Source: Girardia tigrina (taxonomy: Eukaryota). Taken from it: a DNA stretch of 58,586 nucleotides. Positions within the stretch are counted from its first letter, which is position 1; the number at the start of each line of letters is the position of its first letter. Shown here piece after piece: positions 1 to 14,640 of this stretch. The stretch lies in the NCBI GenBank assembly GCA_001938485.1, contig MQRK01249112.1, positions 106,604 to 165,189 on the forward strand, written 5' to 3'. Position numbers and translations under genes: made by a program. The notes below the pieces were generated by a model. That model did not search any database, was not told the DNA's origin, and saw nothing but the letters and a program-made list of their open reading frames with translations.

Positions 1-654
1 GTAATTTATATGAAACTCTCTGTATCAAACTTGATGTTGCAGTTTACGTTGGGTCACTTGAGGAATACATTTACAGAAAACAATATTAGGCTTTATCTCT
101 GAAACTGGACGTGATAGAAGAAAACGGTAAACAGTTCTGAAATCAGCGTGAAAAACTGAGTAGGATACGACTCAAACAGTCTCAGAAAAAATTTTGAATT
201 GAAAAAATGTAGAATAGTGCTATCAACACTGGTTATTTTCATTTTTTGTTCACAATTACAACATTTCAAGTTGCCAAGAATCCGATTGAAGTGCAATAAA
301 ATCGTTGAACTACTTACACAATAAATTATCAAGCAAGAAATTATCCAAAATATTAATTGAATGACAATTTTTATATGAAAACGCCAATAGACTAAATCAT
401 ATTCCTTTATCGTTAGTTCTGGATTGTATAGATCGTAGGAAGGAAGCTTCGGAGGAGTGGAGTCAATTGACACCAAAAATGGAAATAATAAAAATATATT
501 ACATGACACAAGTGAGCACCACACACACACTCGACTAAATACAAATGTCACCAAAAATAAACAAAATACTTAGAAATAAATACAAGCTCAAAAATAAAAA
601 AAATCTCCAAATCAAAGATAATTCAGAGAGAAGACTGGTGAGAGAAATACCCAC

Positions 655-1548
655 TACAATGTCCAGTAATCTAGCCTGAATTTCTCCCCATTTTTTACTC
701 TCTTTCTCAATTAATTCTTCCTCTACTTTGTTTATTGCATTTCTTTCAGTGAGCGGGATCTCTAGCTCTTTCCACTTCAGGAATGCCATGGCATGTGATA
801 TGCTATCTTCATGTTCATGAAATTTAGGATTTAATTTTCACCAGTTCTTAAAGCCTTCTTCAGCAGAAAAATCGGACAGCCAAACTGAAAAAAAAGTCTG
901 CAGCAAAAGCAGAACAGGGCCTCCTCTGATGAAGAATACTCCATCCATATTCTCATACTTTTCTCTCCGTTCCGCAGATCACGAGAAAACCATTTTTGCT
1001 TAGCTTCTTAGTGTATGTATCACCTTTTGTTTTCGTTTCTGGTCGCGGTACTTCTTTGAATTAACAATGAACGTGCTGCACAGAAGTATATCCTTGCCGA
1101 ACAAACATAGCGCGAATTTCATGGTTAATCTTAACAAGTCAAAAACCAATGTCAGTAAAATCAATTACAAATTCTGTTTTCAGAGTGATTAGTTGTTGTG
1201 CTTCAATTTCACGCTCACATACTTCTCCGTCAATGACACTTTCAGTCGCCTCTACGCTTTTAATGCTACCTTCGCCTTCCGCGGTAGCAATATCGGCTTC
1301 AAATGTAGCATTAGCAATATCGACTTCATCTAAAATGAATTTGTGCATCTCTGGTAAGAGACTAATTTTCCAGCCCATTGGGAGTTTTCATTAAATTAAG
1401 CATCATTTTAAAATTCTGTTATGGCCAGCATTTCTGATTAGATTTTTCTTTGTTTTATTTTATGTGTAATATTTTTTTTCATTCACAAATGTCGCCCCAA
1501 ACAGTCGTGCCGCCCGAGGCGGACCGCCCCCCTCATGCTACGCCACTG
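655..1548 (-). mobile_element. 5' part of a degenerate hAT transposon (ZMYM1/DUF4371-type transposase N-terminus)
   Basis: The minus strand begins CAGTGGCGTAGC at 1548, a typical hAT terminus. Frameshifted coding reads GFKNW*KLNPKFHEHEDSISHAMAFLKWKELE...KKWGEIQARLLDIV and then stops abruptly near 655. Confidence 0.7.
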
Positions 1549-3056
1549 ATCAGGCAACACCAAAATAGAACCCATGATTGATGTCTTATGCAAGAATTTG
1601 CATAATCGTTTTTATTAACAAATAATAATAATATTTTTTGGTGTTAAAAATATTTCCTTTTTTATTTTTATTTCTAGAAGTCGGTAAAAGATGTTGATTA
1701 TAAGGTGGGTAGCAACGCAAAAAGAGTAAAGACCACTGCTTAAAAATACAACCTATATTTAGCTGTGTGAAATTCGTTCTTTCGCATAGTGGGTCCAGAA
1801 GACAAATAAATTGTTTCGAGTGCCATAACTCTAAACTCAGGTTGATTAATTTAAAATGCATTTCTTCTTTTTATTCCTTCTTATATCACTTTTTCTTTTT
1901 GATGATCAATAGAAACTGTCTTTGCTCTTTAAAATAATTTAAAAAAAATAATTGCAAAAGTTTTTAATAAAAATCAGATATCCAATATAAATTTTCAAAT
2001 TTTATTGATGGTATATTTGAATGTCATCCATCTTTAGACAAAATTGACATTTATTGTTCTGTCTTATAAATTAAAATAGTGATTTCGTAATCAACTTATG
2101 CAATAGCTAATAAATTAATTTTACCAAAGTGAAAAAGAGGCTCGTTTGAGAATTAATTGATGAATTAATTAAGTAATTTAATTAATTTTGTCTCACAAGA
2201 AACTCTTTCCAAATAATTCTTAAAATTAATGCATGAGTTCGATTGATTTATTTACGTTTTTTTCTCCTCATGTTTGTTAAATAAAAATTTTTTGTTAGAT
2301 TATTTAGATTTTAAATTCGTTAATTAAAACAAAAATTTAAATTTAAAACGGGAGTACCATTAAAACCATTTACCAAAATAATTCTCGTGGAGCTCTAAGT
2401 TAATTAATTCCTAAAATCATTTAATTATTACATGAACGATTTATGAAACATCTAATTTTACTAACAATTTAAAAACGCTTTTAAACAACAAATATTATTT
2501 ATTTTTTTGTTCATTTCAGATACAAATTTCCAAAATGTAATCCAAAATTCCGCAGGTAAATTAATAAATATTTGAGACATTATTTCCATTGAAATTATAA
2601 AAAAAATGGTTAGACAAAAACTTTTATTCTTTACAATTTATTTATAATTGTATATTTATTATTATAATATGTATATTTAAAATTTATTAGATTTAAATAA
2701 CACAAATTTCAAAAAAAAGTTTTTCAAAAACCAGAATTACCAAAAATGATGAGAGGTACCCGGAGCTAATTTGGCAGGGGTCATTCTTAGAAAATTAAAG
2801 ATTAAAATTGCAAATTCTAAGAATGTGTCCATATTTATTTAAAAAGTATATTCCTGTAAAAGTTCATTTAAAGATTATATGTGATTTAAAGACATTATAT
2901 GTCTAGCATTCCCCATTTATTATTAAAATTTATTATTAGAATAATTATAATAATGATTATTATTGTAAATAAATATTTTTACTAATTTATATATACTTGT
3001 CTGATCAGTTCCCTTTGGGAAGTGATACCAAGAGTGGCTTTTACCTGACATATGAT

Positions 3057-3064
<8 letters not shown>

Positions 3065-3106
<42 letters not shown>
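3065..3106. repeat. (TA)n microsatellite
   Basis: Direct reading. Similar tracts occur at about 10584-10622 and 11163-11209. Confidence 0.95.
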
Positions 3107-3112
<6 letters not shown>

Positions 3113-3939
3113 TCTTTCTAAGGAAATATTAAATTTTTATAAATAAATTAATCAATAAAATAATAATTTAATATTATCAATAAACAAGAAAATAAGTAGA
3201 CTTAAACAGAGGATTTGAAACCAAAATAACTGAATTCACGATCAGCTGCACTAGAATATCGTAAAATGCGTGTTGGAAGACACAACCAGTGATCAATCGT
3301 TCAGAATTGGTTGAAGAACTCGATCATGGCAAGGATGCCTAATGATTGAGATCAATTAAAGATCATAAATCGTCTTGTCTAAATACTAGTTCAGTGATGG
3401 CTGACCTATGACACGTGAGCTCATTTTTGGTGAAACGCATCTTTAAAAATAAGAAATTTAATATGATTTAATTAATCTTTAAATATTTATTAATTAAATC
3501 ATTTCTAGACACTACACATATATTTAACATTTATTTATTTATTCTTTTATTTCTTTATATGTGTTAAATGATGTGTATTGTTAATGATCTTTTGATATCC
3601 CTACTGATAATATCCATTATTTACAGTTATTATTATTTTTTTATCATTGGGCAAAAGTACTCGTTCAGCCCATTATAAATTCGCATGACTGGTGAGCCGT
3701 GCCATGGTTTTTATCGGGCTTCTTTTCGTGCGGCCTCCCCCTGCACCAATAGATTTGGTGATGTTTTCCGTCTCCCTGTGTACCTTATATTTTCATTCCT
3801 CATCGTCTGATATTTCTTCATCAGAGGATGGGTACTTGTCCTTATCGTCAAGTTGCTCAATTCTATGTACGTACGATTAGAGCAACTCATCAGGAACTAC
3901 CGGATCGAAATCTTCTGCACCTGTTTCCATTTGGGGATC

Positions 3940-4476
3940 CTACAAACTGTGTGGTTCTTCCATGTTCAGTATGGAGTCCATGGGTACTTCCTCCTCTCTC
4001 ATCTCGATCCGGTTCAGTTTGATGATCCCTGAGCATCTTCCATCGCTATGAAATGCCCATGGCGCCGAAGAATATTTGACATTATATATCGAGCGAGCTA
4101 TCACAATTTTTCTAATTGTCTTTGGCGGGATGCTAAGACTTTTCAAAATACTTGTACTGCGCTTTGGCCAAGTTCCGATACACCCTACCTGGAGGATGTT
4201 GAGCAGTACCGTTGTATTCGGCATTGCATATCTACAAGCAATTGCCAAGGACTTGTAGTGATCCAAATTCTTGGTATTGCTGTTTTCTATATTTTTCTGT
4301 GTGTCATATGGGCACTTGACATCTACGAGATACAGAGTCTTCTGCGCAGGAACCATTATTTGGAGGTCTACCAGTTGTTGTGACGAAACATAGGCCAACA
4401 CAGAATCTATATGAATTTCAAAATCTAAGTGCTGTGTTATTTGTTCCGTCACAAAGTATAAGACCTCATTATGTCG
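3940..4476 (-). pseudogene. Restriction-like (PD-(D/E)xK) endonuclease domain of an RLE non-LTR element
   Basis: YRHNEVLYFVTEQ...VDLQIMV..KTLYLVDVKCPYD...HYKSL...LQVGCIGTWP...LKSLSI follows the RHN / PD / D-P / K-Y / VG-LG-W pattern of R2/NeSL endonucleases. Confidence 0.8.
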
Positions 4477-4556
4477 GTACTTTCAAACAAGATCCTGTTC
4501 ACAGCATTATGGATCTTATCTGCTAACACAATTGTTCTTCCCTTAATGATACCACT

Positions 4557-5048
4557 TCATATCGGATCTATAACGAAGCTCACTTTTTCCTCTAATAAAA
4601 CTCCGAATAAGGTCCAGTGTTTGTTATCAACATTGAATTGGCAGAATATGGTATTACAACCTTCCAAGGACTTTTCAGTGATACCTGGGATTTCCCTAAC
4701 TCTAGTTCTGCTATTCAGCATTATATTGACATCCACTGGTCTTATGTATTTCTCGTATATCACATCCACATCATTCTGAAAATGAAAGTCAATGTGTTCA
4801 CTAATGAACAATATTTTCTTATTATATTCAAAGCGATCCATCACAAGTGAGAAATGAGTGTCATTTCCTGGTTCCATTATATCAAAATATGGTGAAGGAA
4901 GCACTTCTGCCGATATGACTTCTTCTTCATGTGATGGTGTTTCATGAGACGAAGTTTGTCCACCTTTCTCCACCATAATGATGGTTCTCGCGTTTTCTTG
5001 CTCTGAAACTTCTTTTGTTTGTATCTTCTCGTACACACTTTCTACCAT
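4557..5048 (-). pseudogene. Truncated Ulp1-like (C48) cysteine protease segment of a NeSL-type ORF
   Basis: IFCQFNVDNKHWTLFGVLLEEKVSFVIDP contains the HW and D catalytic motifs. The Q..C part is missing. Confidence 0.55.
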
Positions 5049-7842
5049 TCTTATTATTCGTTCTCCTTATCACATTCATAGCTACTTTATTCGCTATGGG
5101 GGAATATGATGGAGTATCCGTAATGTTTCGGAAGCTATCATCCATCGAGTTATCCCATAAAATTATTTTATCCAGTTCAACCAAACTGGTGGCGACATCT
5201 CCTATGACGACTCTGTGGGTAGATTGTTCTTCATCCACCCCAGGAGTTTCTCTATCATCTTTCTCCGTCCCTTCTTCCTGTTCCACAATCTGTTTTTTCC
5301 GCTGTCATGTTCGCCGCTTCCATTTTGGTTGTTCTTATCTATTGCATGGATAATTTTAAAATCAATTTTGTTTTTGCTGTTCTCTTCTTTACTCATTTGA
5401 TGTTTGTCTTCCATCATCTCATCTGTTTTGTTTTCTTAATGTTTTTCTTGTTTTTCATTGTTAAAAAGATGTGTTTTCTCATATTTTTTTCCAATATCTG
5501 TAACAAGTTTACTGATTAGGATTCTTAAAAGAAGTGGCAGATTATAAGCAGATATTCTACTATCCAATCTCTGTTCCAGTTCTTCAATAAGTACTCCTCT
5601 GATGTTATCACGAAGTAAGTGAATAGCAGCTATTCTATCGGCAATTAATTGGACCAGATTGAGATAGTATTTCACATCATCACATTTTCTTGTTATCTCG
5701 TCATAAACATGAAAATGATGTTCCAAAAGAGGTTTAAGATTTCTCTTCTTTGGAATTGGTTTTCCTGTTTCCATCATTTCATCTTTATACTATGTCGTTG
5801 TTTGCATTGGCGTCCTCTTTCCACTCAGTTGAAAGATGTTTGTGCGACACTCTTCTGCGAATGTTTTTATTACTTCAATAATCCCTGGTGAGATAAGATT
5901 CTCGACTGGAATTCGCATTCTGTGACTCGATTCATCTGCAGTAATGCAACATACAATTTCTAATGTGTTGTCCTCCTTGTATTCTTTGAATGTCTTTCTA
6001 ATCTCCTTGCCAGACTTGACTTGCACTTGGATATAAACATTGTCACCTCTGCTACCTGCACAGTGCTTGATTCAATGAAATCTATTCTCGCTCCTAGGGC
6101 AGCCGCTCCCTCTGCAACTTCTGGCACCCATCCTTGTACTGATGTCGCTAGTGACTCGAAGGGTTAGTCTCTCTGCATTTTCCTTACTTACCATCTTCCT
6201 TTGTGATAGTTAAAAGGCTAAATATGTGACTAAATTTGTCAAATATATCGAGTCCTCCATTATCTTCGACAGGACCTTTCTTATTTCATCTATGGTCTTT
6301 AGTCCTTTCACCTCTGCTCTAAAAGTCTTTCTTAGTCCTAGGATCTGATATCTGGATTTTTCATCAACCAATTTATTATCCTCTCCCTCAAGGACTTTGA
6401 ATTCAACCTTCGTCGCCGATCTTCTCTTATTTTTCTTTTTACGCTCTTTTTCATTGCTTTCTTTCACTACATCTTTGCTTGATGGGTGGTTATTTGTTAT
6501 ATTATTTTTAAAATTTTTGTCATCCTCTTCTACATTTCTTTGATGATTGTCATTCTTGACAATCACTATTCCAATTAACCTCTCCCTCACTATTGAAAGT
6601 TTGAAATTATATTCTTCTTGTAATTTTGAGTTAAGTGTTTCAAGTCTAATTGATTCACTAGTGTTTCTAATCAGTTGAATTAATTTGGAATTGTATTTTT
6701 CAGGCCATTCTTCATTAAAGATAATCAGCTCTATAACATCATGCAACTGCTTCATTATTGGTCACAGAAGTTGTCTATTAATCCTTTCAAATGGGTTAAA
6801 TGTGGATTTTTCGATAAAATTATGGGCGATAATGTGTTCCATTGTCATTTAACTTGAGTTTGTTAGAAGGGTTTCGTTCTACTTTCCCATAGTTATCACC
6901 TGCGCATTCTTGAGCACAGGAAACTTGTCTTTCAGTATCCATTTTCTTTAAATCACTTCTGGAACTTGATTTATACTTCTTTGTGATACATATAGCGCTT
7001 TGAAAGTACAGATCAAATCCTTTAAATCCATGTTCGTCTTCATTCAAATATCTTTCATATTCAGGGTGATATTCCATGTGATTTTTAAGGGATTATATAG
7101 TAGATGTTCTATGCTCAATTTGCGTTCATCATTATAGAAACTTTTGCATTCTTCAGGGAATATTTAAAATTTCTATTTCGGTGAAGATTCACAAAAGTTT
7201 TGTAGGGACTTACTTTTCAAAAGTCTTCTTAAGACTAACAATTTAAAAAGTCTTATTCAGGTACAAATCCATTTTAAAAACCTTTTTATATTTAAAATTG
7301 CTTTGAAATTTTCATTTCAAATTTCTTCAACCTTTCTTTAATATTTTATTTTGACGGATTATACATATTTTTTGTAAAAAAGTAATTTTTAATAAAACAT
7401 TGAAAGTTGCTTGTAAAGTGAACATTAATAAAACATTATATAGGGTCCTTAAAACACAAAAAATAAAAAAAAGTTATTGTTTAACAAATAAATGACTAGT
7501 ATAACATTTTTGTCAAATGTCGAATTGTTATTTATATGTGAAATGATGTATTATATGATTATCATATTATTTTGTTTAATAAAATTTTATTAATTATATT
7601 TTTTGCAGATATGAACACTCCAACTGCACTTTTTCTTTCCCCATGTATTTTGAATAATATTTTTAATAATAATATGATATTTCCTCTATTATTCCTCATA
7701 ACTTTTATTTCTTCATTTCAGTCGCAAATATTTGAAATGCCCTCCACAAATCCAACGGTATTATTATAAACAATTTTACAAAATTTAATATTTTATTGTG
7801 CTTAACAATTGATTTACATTGATTTCTCTTTCGTCATAAATA

Positions 7843-10580
7843 TAGGGTGTTCCAAAAGTAATGGGATGATGATTATTTTAATCTATCTTCAGAAAGGCAT
7901 TTTATTTCGCGGAAATTCATATTTAAGTTTTAATTTTGACTATTCTATTTACAGATGAATGGAATCTGAACATGACACCCTCTTGATGAGAGAATTAAAA
8001 TAGTTTTCCTCTAAGCAAAATTCCAGAATTATGAAATGGTACGAAGCCAGTGGGATTTTCCTTTGACTACATCGTCTCCTTAGTTCACGATGATCAAGGA
8101 TGTGTGTGAGAGATTTTAGCAGACTGGAAGCGTTGAAGATTTCCCCAGGTCAGGGCGCTCAGTTACATCTGCAACTCCTGAACGGCTTGAGCAAGTTCAA
8201 AAGTTGGTCGCCGCAAATCATTCAAAGTCTGTGTCTCGTGGGGCAGCTACTCTTGACCTGCAACGAACGAGCTACCACCGCATGCTTGTAAAACTGGATC
8301 TTAAGCCCTACTATCTGCAAGACATGCAATGCTCAGCGATTGCAACTTTGATAGGCGAGTAGAGTTTTCCAAAACGATTGTGGAGGTATTCGATGCCGAC
8401 CCTCACTTAATTGACCACATAATGTGGATAGACGAATCTTTATTTCACCTATCTGCAGCAGTGTCACGAAATAACATTATTTGGTAGGGTGCAAAGAATC
8501 TACACGCTTAACAGCAGATTCTAAACTCTCGCAAGGGAATTATGGTGTGCTGTTGAGTAAATTTGGCGGGTGTCTTGGGACCTTACTTCTTTGATGGTCC
8601 AGTCAATGCTGATACCTATCACCTCCAACATGTCGGGGATCCTTCCCATTACGCAACTTGAGTACGCAGCTGAGGTTTCCTCAGCGGTTGATTGGTAGAG
8701 GTGGCCCAATGGAGTGGCTCCCTCATTCGCCTGACTTAACTGTATGGGATTAGTTCCTCTGGGTTTACCTGAAGGAACATATGTACTGCACAAGGACTAA
8801 TACCATTGCTGAGCTCCGAGACAAGTTCGAGTGTAGTATTAATGAAATATTACAGGACATGGTCAAAAAAGCATGTCATGCAGCTTATGAGCGGTTTGAA
8901 CAGTGCACCGCCTTGTAGGGTGTAATAATCAATATCAACATCAATTCATTTATATTCGCATATTTGTATTTATACTAGTAATATATCATGTTATTATATT
9001 AAATTAAATTATTATTATATTATATTTTACGGTATATTGTAATTAATATTATAAGATTAAAAAATCAATAATAAATATTACATTAAAATACAAATTAATT
9101 AAAAATATATATAAGGATTAGAAACCGTGAACTAATTATATTCTATCTGTTAAGGGTTCCTTTTTGGTGAACTGTAAATTTTTGATATTTTTAAATTAAA
9201 AATCATATTTATATTTGAGATAAATTAAAAATAATGTTCTACTAATTAAAATGAAATAACTCTTTATAAAAAAATTAATTTTTTAGATAATACTTTTACG
9301 AATTAAAATGAAATAAGGTTTCATAAAAAATTATGGTTTATAATTAATATTTTTGCTAATTAAATTGAAATAACTTTTTATAAAAATTATAGTTCACAGA
9401 TAGTATATTACTAATTAAAATGAAATAAGTTTTTATAAAAAAATATAGTGTAATGATAATATTTTAATAATTAAATTGGAACAACTTTTTATAAAAATTA
9501 GGCTTTAAAAAATAACAATTAAAATAACAGCTTTGGAGTTAAAGAATATTATAAAGAAGATTTTGATATATCTTGTAACACTATTTAAAATAAAAATCAT
9601 AATGCTTATTGAATTTAATTGTCAATGGAAAAGTTTTATTAAAAAAATAATTTATTGAATATTTTAAAATCAAGTTCTAAAATAAAAATGATAATGTTTT
9701 ATTGAAGTTAATTGTCCACGGAAAGTCTTATTAAAAAAATAATTTATAATTGAATGATTTAAAATTAAAGAAAAAAATATTTAGGAATTGAATTTTTACA
9801 GAACATGTCCATTAAAATATTTTTAAAGATCTAAATTTATATTTCATTTAATAAACATTGTAAAAATTAATAAAACAAAAACAAAATATGATTTATGCAA
9901 AATTGAATAAAATAACATATATTGTTAATATATACATCGATATTATAATTTATATTTAGAATTTTAAAATCTGGTTTATGTATCTTAAATATTGTTCCTC
10001 ATAAATTTGTTTGAATAATGAAAGTTGTATTAGAAATAAAGTTTGCGAATAATGACTTTGGATTTTAATCACGAACCCAAGACTATCCATATCTTATTCA
10101 AAACCAATTCCATACAATTTCAAAAGGAATAATTTCACTTAGAAGCACCCAAAAAAATCTCAGAATACAATTTTCATAAGAACAATAAAAAGATCTAAGG
10201 AAATATTTTCAGAACCACAAATTAAAAAATCACAAACTGTTCCGAGATGTATCAGAAGGAAATAATATTCCCCCCATTGACTAATCATTGTATTCTAATT
10301 ACATTTAATCTCAAAGTAATTTTAATTCAAGTTTAAATATATATTGTTTATCTGGTTACATATCGTTATTTATTAATTTTTATATTGCAAAAGGTAGCTC
10401 ATTGGTACACAATGTTTCTTAAAATACCAGTTAGCTTTCTTTTACACAGGGAAAACGACCGCAAATGTGATCCCATTCAGAACACCCTCTGTATTTTGGT
10501 AGATACAGCTGTACCATTAATGCTTTTCTTTTATTTTGTCAGATATGCATAAAAATAATTATCTCCCATTACGTTTGGAA

Positions 10581-10587
<7 letters not shown>
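7843..10587 (+). mobile_element. Degenerate Tc1/mariner-superfamily element; transposase remnant at about 7980-8920
   Basis: The left end TAGGGTGTTCCAAAAGTAATGGGA has an imperfect inverted copy TCCCATTACGTTTGGAATACTATA at 10564-10587. Remnant motifs include IMWIDESLFHL, GPYFFDG and a WP..SPDLT-like segment. Confidence 0.55.
9241..9500. repeat. Minisatellite, ~56-bp unit x ~5
   Basis: AATTAAA(A/T)TGAAATAA..TTTTATAAAAA recurs about every 56 bp. Confidence 0.8.
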
Positions 10588-10624
<37 letters not shown>

Positions 10625-11162
10625 TGATAATTTTTAAAAAAATAAAACTTTAAAAACATTTAAAAAATGTTTAAATAAATTCAAACAAAGAAATATGAAA
10701 TATTAAAAATATCATCTCTAAATTGACCTAATTTCATTATTTATTTAATCTTTTTCTAATTAAAATTTAATATAACTATAACTGTTGTTGAGTAACTGTT
10801 GATATTGTAAACATTTTTATTAGTAAACAAACACAAATGTCGACTGATAATGAAACATTGAAATCAAATATCGAAGAAGATGATATTTTCCGAACAATCA
10901 ATCCAAAGAGACTGAGCAGGATCGAGCTATAGAGAATTATTCATTAATAAAATATTAGAGTTTTGTATTTTGTAATTGCCATAAGTATATTCATACGATG
11001 GAGGAAAATTTTCAAAGATTCTATTTTATAAGTCTGTACATACTTTTATACGAACCAAAAATTGTTTATTTATATTAAATAATACATCATTCTTATTTAT
11101 AATAAAACATATNNNNNNNNNNNNNNNNNNNNNNNNNNNNNNNNNNNNNNNNNNNNNNNNNN

Positions 11163-11210
<48 letters not shown>

Positions 11211-11619
11211 TTTAGTTTAATAATTATTTATATATGTTGTTAGTGCATCCTCGGGATTATTATTAAAAGTTACTTCTGACATCCAAATTTTATTATAATT
11301 GTTAGGGATTAAAATTGAGCCGAAAAGTTTTGATGCATTAAATAATTAAATTATTTTATGTATAAAATAATTTCAATTAAATTTTAAATTGAGTTCACAG
11401 AATTTTAAAGTGTTTTGAATTTATATCTCCTTTACAATGTGTTCCTGGATTCTCTTACAGAGATGACGTGAAGTATCTCCAATGTAAGTGGCGTTACATC
11501 AATTACATGTATATTGGTAAATGATTACTGGGAGAGAGTGACATGTGAAGCGTTATATATATATATATATATAAGATCTTTGGATCTTAAAATTAACGTT
11601 CAAACTGCCTGCTCTACAA

Positions 11620-13189
11620 CAGTGTCGGGCAACCGTGCGCCGCGAAAAATACTGGGGGCGCCACGAACATTTTTGTACAATATTTAAAATCGTTAAAGTT
11701 ATTGAAGTATTGCTTTAGCAATATTTGTCGTATTTTTGCATCTTTGTAAAACACACCGTAAAATCTGTAGGTTAAAAAAACAATGTAGTGTCCACGACTT
11801 CAGTATTAAATATTAATTTAATTTAAATTTTAAATTAATTTACTTAATGCCGCCCGGCGGAATGTGATATATAATTTTTCTTTTAACTTTTTATTTATTT
11901 ATTTAATTAGTATTTTTGTCCCCCATCTTGTCAATCCTCGAAACTGGGGACTAAAAATAAATTTGAACAAAAAGTCAATATTAAATTTTGAAAAACAAAG
12001 TATATTGATAATTGCTTAAATAATCAGAATTGTACGCATTTTTCAAATCAAAATAATAAAGATTTTTTTGTATCTTTTTATTGTCATTTTATCACACAAA
12101 ACAGTGAAAAATAATTTATGGCACAAGAATTCTGTGATTATAATTTATTCTTAGCGAGATTCTCACTCACCTTTTACTCAAGGTAATTAAATTAAACATT
12201 ATTAAGAAATGCTCTTATATTATGTATTCTAAATTCTCTCAAAACTAGATGGAGATATTTGTAATTAGAAAAGGTTCCAATGATAAACAAAATCCAAACG
12301 AAAACAGAGACGATAAGAAATCGTAAAATCAATCGGAAAAAACGAAAATACGATGACGATTATCTTAAATATGAATTTATACAATCTGTTAATAATCTAT
12401 CACTGCCGTTTTGCATAATTTGCCGAAAAACTCCCAGCGACGAAGTAAACTACTTCGCCATATGATGATAAATCATCGGGAGCAGATGAACAAGCTATTT
12501 TGAATATATATATGATCAAATCTTCAAAAGCAATCAAAAAAATTCAAGAAATTTTTGACCAAGTCAGATGAAGCTCAAACAACTAGTTACCTGATAACTC
12601 AACTCATCGCTCGATAGAAAAAAGCTCACGCGGAAGCAGAGTAAATTATCTGCCTGCTTTAAAAATTGTAGCTGGATGTAGGTTAATGGATATTGCTGTG
12701 AAGAAGTTATCAAAAATTCCACTATCATTAAAAAGTATTGCGAGAAGAATTGTAGATATGTCAAATGATATTGAGGTGCAAATGAAACAATGTTTTAATG
12801 ACCCTCCAAGAAAATGGGCTATACAGCTTGATGAAAGCACAGTAATGAAGCTCAGTTGCTGGCCTTTTGAAGTTCGTTTATACAGGAAAAATTGTGAATA
12901 ATTACTTTTTTGTAAAGAATTAAAACAAAGAACAACTGGTGCGGACATTTTTGAATTAGTCGACGAAAATGTTACGAAGTATAACTTGAGATGGGAAAAT
13001 TGTATTATCGTCTGCACGGATGGAGCTCCGTCTATGAAAGGTTTAAAAAAGGGATTTATAGCACATGTCATAACAAAAAATCCAAATATCAAATTTGTTC
13101 ACTGCATGATTCATAGAGAAATTTTAGTGTCAAAGGTGGTCCCTCCCATCCTTGTCACAAGTCTAGATGAAGTCTTCAAAATATTGTAA
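11620..13189 (+). mobile_element. 5' half of a hAT (Buster/Charlie; ZBED8/FAM200-like) transposon, pseudogenised
   Basis: Terminus CAGTGTCGGGCAACC; BED finger RKYDDDYLKYEF..PFCIICRK; conserved motifs AIQLDEST, CTDGAPSM and HCMIHRE. Confidence 0.85.
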
Positions 13190-14640
13190 ATATAATCAAC
13201 AAGATACAAAATAAAATCAAAGACAAAAGTGAACCTAGTTTAATTTGATTTGATTTTATAGTCTCCTGTACTGTAGAATCGATTTGACTAATTATATTTT
13301 TCTTAGGATATTTGTTAACGTTCATAAAATTTTACTCATCTTTAATTGCTTCTTTGTGACATTGTGACGTCAGATGATTTCTAGGAGCTTCATTAAAATC
13401 TTTATAGTTTACAAATGCAGATTTTATAAATGCCCGTTGAAAACCTCGATGAATATTTGTTGGAAAAGAACACGATATTTGCAAAATGCTTCTTTTTTAA
13501 TTGTTGAATAACACAACCATGGTCAATATTAAACAATCCAAGGAAATCGAAAACATATTTTCGATTATTTACAGGATTAGAGATTTCGGCATAGTCCCTA
13601 CATTCAGTAGAGGGTACAGATTCAGGTTCACTTAGATTTTCTATTTTCTGTTTTTATTTTCTAGTTTACCACTGGATAAATATTTTCTTATATCCATTCT
13701 AATATGAGAGGAATAAAATGATTGAAAATTGAACAAAGTAATTTTATATAAATCGTGAATAAATTGTTTAAAAAGTTATTTTTCTGATAATATTTAAGAC
13801 TCAACTTCCGTTCTGTCACCCAATTTCAAAATATTATTATTTAAATAATAGTATTTTAACCAATTCAGTGAAGATATATTATTAAATTTAATTTATAATG
13901 TTTGTTATTAAAAATTTTTTTTAATCTCAAAATTAGTTCACTTTGTTTTCATTTAATTTTAGATAAATTAAATAGTTTTTAGTTAGATTTTAGTTAAAAT
14001 TAGTTTTAAAAGTTAATTTTTTTAAACCACTTTGTCTCTGAAACTTTGGGAGATATACATAAAACAATTAAAACAGAACACTGAACTGAAAAACTGAAAT
14101 TATTATCAGATCAAAGTACGAATTAAAGTGCGAAATTATATTATTTATATATTTCACTTAATTATATTTTTATATAACTTAAAATCATTTTTGGTTTAGT
14201 AGATTCTACATCTTCAACTATTCAATATTTAAATTCTCGAAACTTAAGGTTACGATCTTTCAAATTAAACTTGTTATTTTTAAATATTAAATGCATATTT
14301 TTAAAATAATTGTCTAATTGTTTTGATTTTCCTTTTAAATTTAATAATCACCTGATGAATTTTAAATTTAATAATCAGGCAGATGAATAAACAAATATAT
14401 CTTTTATTCCTAACTAAAAAATATCAAACTTAATTTTAATTGTTAAATTAAAAAATATGATATTATAAAATGTTTATTTTAACAATGTTCGAATAGTCCA
14501 ATCAATTTAAATTTAAATAAAAAAAATACCAATTTCCATCTGGGTGGGAGAATCACCATTCTAAATTCAACATAATTAAATCAACATATAGCATCACTAC
14601 ATTTACACATTCAAACAATTTAAAATATTCCTCACATATA

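Larger units (their letters stand above)
3650..7160 (-). mobile_element. Degenerate NeSL/R2-group (RLE) non-LTR retrotransposon with an internal deletion of RT
   Basis: A string of minus-strand ORF pieces ends in a Ulp1-like protease segment joined directly to an RHNEV motif and a restriction-like endonuclease. Boundaries are approximate. Confidence 0.7.

Noticed and set aside
1-655. Possible degenerate LTR/gag start (TGTAGTGGG.. on the minus strand) interrupting the hAT
   Set aside because: No convincing gag motif, PBS or second LTR in the window.
2520-10951. Possible small + strand host exons (2520-2555; about 7609-7757; terminal-like 10823-10932 with AATAAA)
   Set aside because: Splice signals are plausible, but there is no recognisable protein family and no consistent phase chain could be established. 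Needs RNA-seq.
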